DNA of 64,000 nucleotides. Source: Rhodothermales bacterium (GTDB taxonomy: Bacteria > Bacteroidota > Rhodothermia > Rhodothermales > VXPQ01). Every line of letters starts with the position of its first letter. Positions within the stretch are counted from its first letter, which is position 1. Location of the stretch: assembly GCA_951812345.1 (NCBI GenBank), contig OX638295.1, forward strand, positions 2,414,965 through 2,478,964, given 5' to 3'. The translations under genes and the position numbers were made by a program. Below, piece after piece: positions 18,773 to 26,470 of the stretch. A model generated the notes under the pieces. It saw nothing but the letters and a program-made list of their open reading frames with translations. It did no database searches and was not told where the DNA came from.

Positions 18773-19858
18773 TCAAACGCGATGGAGCTTGACAGGGTAC
18801 GTCCCGGAGGCGTTCCATTGGCATACGTACAGATTCTTGTCGTCGTCCACGCAGACGTCGTGGCAATGCTTGAACACAGGCGCCGCCTGCACCATCAATT
18901 GCAAAACCTCGTCATGGTAGACCGGCGCCGTGCCGCCGGGATTGGACACGACGCGGTTGTCGCGATCCAGGATCGTGACGAAACCCGAATCCGGCGTCTG
19001 GTTCAGGTACCGGAGCCGCGACCAGCATACGCCCGCATACACATGATCCCCGTCTGGAACGGCACGGCACACATAGGCGCCCGGCAGAAAAATGGTTTCG
19101 AGGTATTCGCCGTCGAGCGTAAACCGCTTGAAGCTGTTGTGGGCGCGGGACGTGCACAGGAGCGTCGGCGTGCCGGAACGCGCATCGACCGCCACGCCGT
19201 GGGCTGTGGCGAACTGATCGTCTCCATCGCCTGCGCCGCCGAATTTGCGGATAAATTCTCCCGCCGGGGAATACTGCAGGATGTACTGCGAGCCGTACCC
19301 GTCTGCCACGTAAATATCCCCATTCGGGCCGACTGCGGTTTCGGTGGGTTTGAACGGCGCCCCCGCATCGTAGGCGTCCACGGTCGCCGGATGTTCGATG
19401 GTGAGCAACACCCGGCCGTCCAGCGTGGTCTTGTCAATGATGCCCCGGTCGAAATCGCAGATAAACAAAAACTCTTCCCCGCCGGCGTCCCACAGCGTGA
19501 GGCCATGCCCCCCTGGATAGTCCGTGCCCCACGTACCGAGCAAGCCCCCCGACTTGTCGAACACGATGACGTTGTTGCGCACCTCGTCGGTCACCATGAA
19601 AAGCCGCCCGTCGCGGGACATGACCATCTCGTGGCAATTCTTGACCGGCGTGTTCGCGGGATCCAGATCGCTCCAGTCCGCCTCGACCCGGTACCGGAAA
19701 TCCCCGTGTCCGAGGATATCGTCCGAAAGACGCGGCCGCGTCATGATCTGCGGAGCGGTCCGGAACGAAGCCGCCGCAGGGACCGCCCCGCCCAGCGAAA
19801 CGGCGCCGACCGCCGATGCGGCGGCTTTCAAAAAATGTCTGCGGGAAGAAAGGGACAT
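18773..19858 (-). CDS. TAT-exported NHL-repeat / six-bladed beta-propeller protein
   Basis: Start taken at MSLSSRRHFLKAAASAVGAVSLGG (twin-arginine signal); repeated GDIYVADGYGS / NLYVCQW type propeller blades; the ORF-track 5' extension to 20026 overlaps the upstream gene. Confidence 0.7.
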   Translation of the reverse strand: MSLSSRRHFLKAAASAVGAVSLGGAVPAAASFRTAPQIMTRPRLSDDILGHGDFRYRVEADWSDLDPANTPVKNCHEMVMSRDGRLFMVTDEVRNNVIVFDKSGGLLGTWGTDYPGGHGLTLWDAGGEEFLFICDFDRGIIDKTTLDGRVLLTIEHPATVDAYDAGAPFKPTETAVGPNGDIYVADGYGSQYILQYSPAGEFIRKFGGAGDGDDQFATAHGVAVDARSGTPTLLCTSRAHNSFKRFTLDGEYLETIFLPGAYVCRAVPDGDHVYAGVCWSRLRYLNQTPDSGFVTILDRDNRVVSNPGGTAPVYHDEVLQLMVQAAPVFKHCHDVCVDDDKNLYVCQWNASGTYPVKLHRV

Positions 19859-19862
19859 ATTC

Positions 19863-19882
19863 AAGAATACTCTGATTACGTC
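19863..19882 (+). repeat. Copy of dispersed motif AAGGATACTCTGATTA
   Basis: AAGAATACTCTGATTACGTC; 4 nt from the NHL-protein start codon. Confidence 0.5.
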
Positions 19883-20006
19883 AGCATATCGCGGACGAGG
19901 AAAGGAAATCGGGAGGGGGGGTCGATAGTACGCACCGAAGACCCGCCGGACCATGCGCCCCCGCCGCACCATTACGCGCAGCGGGAGCGGCATAGTCCCG
20001 GGACCG

Positions 20007-21230
20007 TCAAGCCGCCGGGGCGGCATCCTCCGTATCCACCTTGTCGTTGAACATCAGGAAGAAAAAGGCGGAGAACACGAGCATCGCGGCGGCGAAGATG
20101 CCCCAGAACGAGCGCCAGTGTTCTGCGGAGGCAAGTACGTCGGCGCCGGAAACCGATTGCACGACGAACCCCGAAATCTGCGCTCCGAGGAACATGCCGA
20201 GCCCGAAGGTCAGCAGCACGAGCAGCCCCTGTATCTGGCCGCGTATGGCGGGAGGCGTTTTCTTGTCCACGTAGATCTGCGCGGTGACGAAGAAGAAATC
20301 GTAGCACAGGCCGTGAATCAGGATGCCGAACAGAATCATCCAGTAGACGCCGTCGACTGCCGCTCCGGCAAACAGCCCGAAACGCACGAACCAGGCCGCA
20401 ATACCGATAAACAGCATCCACTTCACGCCCAGCCGCCGGAAGAAGAACGGAATCATCAGCATGAAGAAGATCTCGGACATCTGGCCGTACGTCATCGTGC
20501 CCGCCACCTTCTCGATACCCGCATCCGCCAGATACACGGGAGCGTAGGGGAAATACGTCCCGAACCCGATGTACGCCAGCGTAGCCGAAATAAGCAGCAC
20601 GATGAGCGGCTTCGAACGAACCTGCTTCAGGGCGTCCAGCCCGGAAATCTGCCGCCAGGACGTACGCTCACCCCTCGAAGGCGGGGGCGTCCTGGGCAGG
20701 GTAAAGCAATAGAGACCCAGCAGAAGCGATGCGCCGCCGCCCAGGTACATGGGCGTGGGGGACCCATCCGCCGCAAGCACCCAGCTGATAACCAGGCCCG
20801 TCACGATCCACCCGATGGTTCCGAAAACGCGAATGACCGGAAATTCCTTTTCCTGGTTTTCGATGTGGTGGAAGGCCAGCGAAGAAGTCAGGCCAAGCGT
20901 CGGGAAATAGCACAGCGTGTGTACGGCAAGCAAGATCAAAAAGAACGGCGTGCCCGCAACAGCCGGCATAAAGACCATGGCGATCCCGGCCAGCAGAAAC
21001 AACACGGCCAGCACCTTCTCCGTGTTGAAGAACCGGTCCGCCACCATGCCTACGAAGAAAGGCGCCACGATGCAGGCAATGGGGCCGAACGAAAACGCCA
21101 GCGGGATATAGCCCCCCATACTGACATCCGCGGTATTCATGTAGTTGCTGAGCGTAGTAGCCCACGATCCCCAAATGAAAAACTGCACAAACATCATCAG
21201 GGCAAGGCGAAGGGTACGAAATACATTCAT
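20007..21230 (-). CDS. NupG/XapB-type nucleoside:H+ symporter (MFS)
   Basis: N-terminus LMMFVQFFIWGSWATTLSNYM parallels E. coli NupG FLQFCLWGSWLTTLGSYM; 12-TM layout. Confidence 0.75.
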   Translation of the reverse strand: MNVFRTLRLALMMFVQFFIWGSWATTLSNYMNTADVSMGGYIPLAFSFGPIACIVAPFFVGMVADRFFNTEKVLAVLFLLAGIAMVFMPAVAGTPFFLILLAVHTLCYFPTLGLTSSLAFHHIENQEKEFPVIRVFGTIGWIVTGLVISWVLAADGSPTPMYLGGGASLLLGLYCFTLPRTPPPSRGERTSWRQISGLDALKQVRSKPLIVLLISATLAYIGFGTYFPYAPVYLADAGIEKVAGTMTYGQMSEIFFMLMIPFFFRRLGVKWMLFIGIAAWFVRFGLFAGAAVDGVYWMILFGILIHGLCYDFFFVTAQIYVDKKTPPAIRGQIQGLLVLLTFGLGMFLGAQISGFVVQSVSGADVLASAEHWRSFWGIFAAAMLVFSAFFFLMFNDKVDTEDAAPAA

Positions 21231-21237
21231 GGAGCCG

Positions 21238-21888
21238 TCAGGTTGAATTCATGGATGTTGCCCGGCGCATTTTCCGGTGTACGACCAGCCAGAACGCCGC
21301 GGGCAAAAGAGCGCTCAGCAAAAAGGTCAGGGCGGGACGCTCCACGCCCAGATGACCGACAATGGCAAAAGTAAAGGCAGGCGGCAAAACTCCGCAAGCG
21401 AGCGCGCCCGTAAACAGGCGCCGAGGCATGGACACGATCCCCGCCATGCACGAAACCGCTTCGGGAATGATCGGAAGCCAGCGCGAAAGCACGATAATCC
21501 ACGCGCCCCATCGCTCGAACAGCGCCTCTCCCCGGACAAGTTCGGCGTCGCTCACCAAATGACGCGCTGCCGGGCGGCCCCACTTCGCGCAGGCCAGAAA
21601 AGCGATCATGCCTCCCAGAAAAGATCCTCCGGCGCCGATCAGGCCGCCGACCACCGGCCCGTACAGCATGCCCAGTGCGGTCATGACCAGCGTGGCGGGA
21701 ATGGGTAGCAGGATGTCGGAGGCCAGCAACAGCACGGCGACCGCTACGCTCCACGCCCCGAAACTGCGCAGCCAGGAAATCGTGCCGTCAATGGTAAACA
21801 CTTCCTCCACGCCGCGCCCCCACAGCAAAAAGGGCAGCAGCAACAGGATAACCAGACCGATCGCAAGTTTGACAAGCCGCATACCCAA
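21238..21888 (-). CDS. DedA/TVP38-TMEM64 (VTT domain) membrane protein
   Basis: LLPIPATLVMTALGMLYGPVVGGLIGAGGSFLGGMIAF and RWLPIIPEAVSCMAG motifs. Confidence 0.7.
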   Translation of the reverse strand: MGMRLVKLAIGLVILLLLPFLLWGRGVEEVFTIDGTISWLRSFGAWSVAVAVLLLASDILLPIPATLVMTALGMLYGPVVGGLIGAGGSFLGGMIAFLACAKWGRPAARHLVSDAELVRGEALFERWGAWIIVLSRWLPIIPEAVSCMAGIVSMPRRLFTGALACGVLPPAFTFAIVGHLGVERPALTFLLSALLPAAFWLVVHRKMRRATSMNST

Positions 21889-21891
21889 CGC

Positions 21892-22383
21892 TCACTGCAA
21901 TTCGATCAGAAACCGTCCCTCTATCATAAAATGCTCCCCGTACGGGATATTATCGAAATCACCGAGCGCCGTCGCGTCAAACGAAAACGTTCCCTGAACG
22001 ACGCCGGAATTGTTGAAACGGTCGATCCGAACGTTGTCGTCCCTGTGTCCGGTGGAAGCCGCAAGCCGGTGCGTCCGCTCCCTGTTGTCTATCATGCCGT
22101 AGGAACCCACGAATTGCCCCAGCGAGTATGTCCCTGTTTTTCCGAAATTCGCTATGGAAAACTGGATGAACCGGAACGAACTGTCCGGATAGACGAATTG
22201 CCCCCAGAACTGGAATACATGCTCCTGCTCCATCCGACCCGCGCCCACGCCCTCCACGCGGACATCGGCAACGGTAACCTCGAAAAACGGCACATCTTCC
22301 TCATCGACCGAAACCAGACGGCATCCCGCGCAGGCTAACGCCAGCACGCACAGCACGCAATACCAACTGGAACGATTGCTCAT
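21892..22383 (-). CDS. Lipoprotein, unknown function
   Basis: Start taken at MSNRSSWYCVLCVLALACAGC (lipobox). Confidence 0.5.
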   Translation of the reverse strand: MSNRSSWYCVLCVLALACAGCRLVSVDEEDVPFFEVTVADVRVEGVGAGRMEQEHVFQFWGQFVYPDSSFRFIQFSIANFGKTGTYSLGQFVGSYGMIDNRERTHRLAASTGHRDDNVRIDRFNNSGVVQGTFSFDATALGDFDNIPYGEHFMIEGRFLIELQ

Positions 22384-22406
22384 GAACCGGAAAGAAGGAA
22401 AAAATA

Positions 22407-23273
22407 TCAAACGAACACGACCGTCTTGTTTTCATGTACGATCAAACGGTCCTCAAGGTGCCAGTGGACGGCGCGCGAAAGCACGCTGCGCTCGATGTCC
22501 CGGCCAAGACGCCTCAGGTCCTCCGGGCTCTGCCGGTGGTTTACGCGCACCACATCCTGGTCGATAATAGCCCCCCTGTCCAGTTCCTCGGTAACGTAAT
22601 GCGCCGTCGCCCCGATGAGTTTCACCCCGCGGTCGGAGGCCTGCCGGTACGGATCCGCTCCGGCGAAGGCGGGCAGAAAAGAATGGTGAATGTTGATGAT
22701 CCGATTGACGTAATGATCGACGAACGATCCGGACAAAATCTGCATGTAACGGGCCAGCACGATCACATCGACGCCGTTGCCCATGATCTCCAGCATATGC
22801 GCTTCCCCGATGTGCTTTTGTCCCTTCACCATCGGAACATGGTAATAGGGAATGCCGAAACGGGCCACTTCGTGCTCCAGATCGGGATGATTGCTGATCA
22901 CCATCGGCACTACGGCAAACAAATCTCCTCTGTGCAGCCGCCATAGCAAGTCCATCAGGACATGGTCGTGCTTCGATACGAAAATAGCCATTCTCGGCGC
23001 ATCGGTGGCGTAACTCAATCGCCATTTCATGTCGAATTTTTCGGCAACCTCCCCGGCGAACGCTTCCTCCAGCAGCGCGCGCGGCACATCGAGGCGCGGC
23101 GTCTGAAATTCCAGCCGCATGAACAGGACGCCGCCCTCCCTTTCGGTGGCATGCTGGTCAAGCGCCGTACAATTCGCCCCGTGACGGTACATAAAACCGG
23201 TCACAGCCGCTATGATGCCGGGACGATCCGGGCAGCTGATAATAAGTCGGGCCGTGGTTTCGCGGGGGGTCAT
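22407..23273 (-). CDS. purU: Formyltetrahydrofolate deformylase
   Basis: N-terminal ACT-like domain (LIISCPDRPGIIAAVTGF) plus formyltransferase core (IINIHHSFLPAFAGADPY). Confidence 0.85.
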   Translation of the reverse strand: MTPRETTARLIISCPDRPGIIAAVTGFMYRHGANCTALDQHATEREGGVLFMRLEFQTPRLDVPRALLEEAFAGEVAEKFDMKWRLSYATDAPRMAIFVSKHDHVLMDLLWRLHRGDLFAVVPMVISNHPDLEHEVARFGIPYYHVPMVKGQKHIGEAHMLEIMGNGVDVIVLARYMQILSGSFVDHYVNRIINIHHSFLPAFAGADPYRQASDRGVKLIGATAHYVTEELDRGAIIDQDVVRVNHRQSPEDLRRLGRDIERSVLSRAVHWHLEDRLIVHENKTVVFV

Positions 23274-23401
23274 GCCTGAGAGGTATTATGGATGCTATCT
23301 GCCGCGGCCGCGAAAAAGAACGGCAAAAATAAACGCGAACGGGACAAGAAAAGGAAAATCGACGGAAAAGGCGAAATAATCGGCAGGAGTTTTACAGCGG
23401 T

Positions 23402-24820
23402 TTACGCGAGCCATGCCGCAAGCCGGCGGCCATGCTCCTCGAGATCGTCAAGCAACGCCACCTTGTCGGGCGCATCCGCATGCTCCCTGCGCAGCTCGTC
23501 GATGCATGCATAGTACTTGTCCAGCTCGGTGCGCCCGTCTTCTCCGGGCGTCAGGTGGCGGGCCCGGCAATGCGCGCGCCAGCGATCCTGCTCCGCAGCC
23601 CCGAGATCGTCAAGGAAATTCCGGGCGCGGTACCGGAATACGAGTTTTTTGATGCGCCGATCCTCAAATTCGACGTCGCCGGCAGCAGCAAGAGTCCGGT
23701 CCTGGTCCAGCAAACGCCGTAGGGTATCCCGGTCCTGATCCGGCATGAATCCCGCGTACAGGGCTTCGTCCACATCCGGAGCCTCCCGGGCGCGCTCGGG
23801 GGCCTCTTCCGGAGGACGCACATACGCCGCCCGAACCCTTTGCCCCAGCAACGCATCGTCCCGGAGCAAACGCTCGTGTTTCTTCAGAGTATCCGGATCA
23901 AGACCCAGCCGGTCCATGACCTCGTCCGTCAGTACGCTGAACGGGGCCACGAACGGGCACTGGTTCGTCTTCACGACAAAGATCGGCGAACGGCTGCCGG
24001 GGCTGAATATCCGCTCGTGCAACGCATCGACGGAAAGACCGATAAATTCGGACGGATCGTGCGATATATCGAACACGATTGCGGCGTTCGGATTCCCCGA
24101 CTGATTCGCAAGGCGAACGACCGGCGCGGCGCATCCCCTGCCCTGAAAAAGCGCCGCCACCCATACGAACCGGTCCTGCATGACGGCGGCCGCCTCGTTT
24201 TTATACCGCATGCGCAGGGACCATTCGAACAATTTCGGCTGCCGGTCGCGAACGAGGCGGGCCATATCGATGGTGGTCATCACGTCGGCGAGCGCCTCGT
24301 GGGCCGCCCCGTGCCCCCCAATCCCATTCTCCGAGGCAAGATGCTGAAGACGAAACGACGGCTTCCCGTCCTCCCGCATCGGCCACGCGACGCCATCCGG
24401 CCGCAGCGCATACGCGGCGCGGAACAGGTCGATCAGGTCCCAGCGCGTATTGCCGTCACGCCAGTGCCATGCATACGGATCGAGCAGATTCCGGTAGAAC
24501 AGGAAACGGGTATGCTCGTGGTCGAACCGGATCGCATTGTACCCCACCGAACAGGTGCCGGGCCGCGCAAGCTCCCGGTGAATCCGGTGGGCGAATTCCG
24601 CCTCGGAAAGGCCATGCTCTTCGAGGTACGACGGGGCAAGGCCATGCACCAGAGACGCTTCGGGCTGCGGCAACTGATCCGGAGCAGGGCGACAGTAGCA
24701 CATGACCGGATCGCCCATGACCTGCAGGTCCCCGTCGGTCCGCACGCCCGCAAATTGCACCGGACGATACTTCCTCGGCTTGTCGCCGGATGTCTCGTAG
24801 TCGTACCAGAGAAATTCCAT
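23402..24820 (-). CDS. sbcB: Exodeoxyribonuclease I
   Basis: FLWYDYETSGDKPRKYRPVQFAGVRTD DEDDh exonuclease N-terminus; 472 aa. Confidence 0.8.
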   Translation of the reverse strand: MEFLWYDYETSGDKPRKYRPVQFAGVRTDGDLQVMGDPVMCYCRPAPDQLPQPEASLVHGLAPSYLEEHGLSEAEFAHRIHRELARPGTCSVGYNAIRFDHEHTRFLFYRNLLDPYAWHWRDGNTRWDLIDLFRAAYALRPDGVAWPMREDGKPSFRLQHLASENGIGGHGAAHEALADVMTTIDMARLVRDRQPKLFEWSLRMRYKNEAAAVMQDRFVWVAALFQGRGCAAPVVRLANQSGNPNAAIVFDISHDPSEFIGLSVDALHERIFSPGSRSPIFVVKTNQCPFVAPFSVLTDEVMDRLGLDPDTLKKHERLLRDDALLGQRVRAAYVRPPEEAPERAREAPDVDEALYAGFMPDQDRDTLRRLLDQDRTLAAAGDVEFEDRRIKKLVFRYRARNFLDDLGAAEQDRWRAHCRARHLTPGEDGRTELDKYYACIDELRREHADAPDKVALLDDLEEHGRRLAAWLA

Positions 24821-24837
24821 TTCCTCAGGAGAAATTA

Positions 24838-24891
24838 CATCTATGCGTTTTTTGCATAGATGCCGGGTGGTCTATGCAATAAACGCATAGA
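24838..24891. promoter_or_regulatory. Two copies of palindrome TCTATGC-N7-GCATAGA (candidate operator pair)
   Basis: CATCTATGC-GTTTTTT-GCATAGATG (24838..24862) and TCTATGC-AATAAAC-GCATAGA (24871..24891); centres 31 bp apart; between Fic stop and sbcB start. Confidence 0.45.
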
Positions 24892-24913
24892 ACGAATCGG
24901 GTGTCGAAATTTC

Positions 24914-26170
24914 TTATGTATTCTCATTTTTCCTGCCTGAGGAAGGAGCTGAAAGCAAAAGAGGGATTATTCGCTCCGGTTCCAGATTGCAAAACGCCCT
25001 CATGATCCCGATGTTTGCTATCCATGCCTTGCCTGTCCGGCCGATCAGTTTTTTTCCCGCCAGCCAATTCAGATCCCTGGTCAACGTCTTGTCCGTCTTG
25101 TCCGCATAATACCTTGCTATGGATGGACTCAGGTCTACGATATCCGCTTTGGAAACAAATTCTCTTTTGCGACCAAGTTCAATTACCAGTTGCCGGCGGC
25201 GTTGCATAGACGGGGAATGCTGCTTTTGTGCAAACACATCATAGATAAAATGCTCCCAAGCGATCCCGAGTTGGTATCCTTGAATCTCATCACACTGCCC
25301 TTGTAATCCATCCACAAATCCCTGCAAGGCATATTGCAGGAATCCGAAAGCGTCTCCCTTGCCGTCATGGATATGACTTGACCGATCCAGTTCCCGGTAG
25401 TATTGGGTCCGGGTCATATTGTAATGATCGCTGAGCAGGTGCGCCGAAGGAAACGGAACGCCCGCACGAGCCTGCACCATAAACTCCAGGAGCCGCGCCG
25501 TCCGCCCGTTGCCGTCCCCGAAGGGATGAATCCAGGCGATGTACAGGTGGACAAGAACGGCATGCAGAATACCCGCCGCGACCCGGCGATCGTCTTCATC
25601 CGCAAAAAACGGGATCTCGGTTTCCTCTTCCAGCCACTCGCAAAGACGTTCCAGCAGGTAATCGCAATCTTCCGGAGGCGCAGCCCTGTAACCGCCTACA
25701 CCCACCGAGTGGGTGCGAATCTCGCCGGGAACCACGCCTTCGGCAAGATGCTCCCCAAGCTCTTCGAGCACCCACCCATTGTATTCCCGAATCAGGCCCA
25801 CACCCAGTTGGGGCGGATTATCCGCGTCCATGGCCGACTCGATCATCCCGCAGGCGCGCAGGATATTCGCCACTTCCTGTTGCAGATATTCCTGCGATGG
25901 AGGAAGATCGAGCTTCCCTTCGATTTGGGCCTGCACCTGTTCTTCGGTCAGCGTATTCCCCTCAATAGCTGTCGTAGCCCGAACCCCCTTACTGAGGTAC
26001 AGCGTCTTGAATGTTTTGGCGATATCAGGGGGCAGGGCTGCTTGAGACACTTGCCTGCAAAAGGTCACCGCCTGTCCAAGCAATGTCCATAGATTGGGAT
26101 GCGCCCGGGTCAAATCCAGCCGGAACGTGATCCAGGGATGCGTCTGCTCGTATTTACGCCGGGTGGTCAT
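24914..26170 (-). CDS. Fic-domain protein (AMPylase-type), with N-terminal inhibitory-helix motif
   Basis: Fic motif HPFGDGNGRTARLL; TTAIEGN matches the [S/T]xxxE[G/N] inhibitory motif; start taken at MTTRRKYEQTHPW. Confidence 0.85.
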   Translation of the reverse strand: MTTRRKYEQTHPWITFRLDLTRAHPNLWTLLGQAVTFCRQVSQAALPPDIAKTFKTLYLSKGVRATTAIEGNTLTEEQVQAQIEGKLDLPPSQEYLQQEVANILRACGMIESAMDADNPPQLGVGLIREYNGWVLEELGEHLAEGVVPGEIRTHSVGVGGYRAAPPEDCDYLLERLCEWLEEETEIPFFADEDDRRVAAGILHAVLVHLYIAWIHPFGDGNGRTARLLEFMVQARAGVPFPSAHLLSDHYNMTRTQYYRELDRSSHIHDGKGDAFGFLQYALQGFVDGLQGQCDEIQGYQLGIAWEHFIYDVFAQKQHSPSMQRRRQLVIELGRKREFVSKADIVDLSPSIARYYADKTDKTLTRDLNWLAGKKLIGRTGKAWIANIGIMRAFCNLEPERIIPLLLSAPSSGRKNENT

Positions 26171-26342
26171 GATATGAAGTCCTGTACAGGACGTATTGTT
26201 CGGAAGTGCAAGAGGCCCGACAGGAGTCGAAAAATTCTGGCGCACCGGGGGAAAACATGAGCGCCGCCTGATGCGGGGAACCGCCGCACAGCGTCAAATA
26301 TAAACGCATGAACACTGGATTACAAGATTTATTATACCTGAA

Positions 26343-26385
26343 ATGTCCATTTTTATGTCCAAAATAATGTCCCGATATATGTCCA
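26343..26385. promoter_or_regulatory. Four direct ATGTCC(A) repeats at exact 12-bp spacing
   Basis: ATGTCCAtttttATGTCCAaaataATGTCCcgatatATGTCCA; repeats begin at 26343, 26355, 26367, 26379; upstream of the Fic gene. Confidence 0.45.
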
Positions 26386-26470
26386 CTTCCTGTTCACTAT
26401 GAGATACTCCTTGCCTCGCCCAACCCGGTTACACCGGAATAAACCCGTCATGAAGCGCGGCGCCCGGGCG

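Noticed and set aside
23311-23380. A-rich stretch upstream of purU as a third phased A-tract array
   Set aside because: The A-runs (23313, 23325, 23349, 23355, 23366, 23374) are irregularly spaced. It is A-rich but not convincingly phased.
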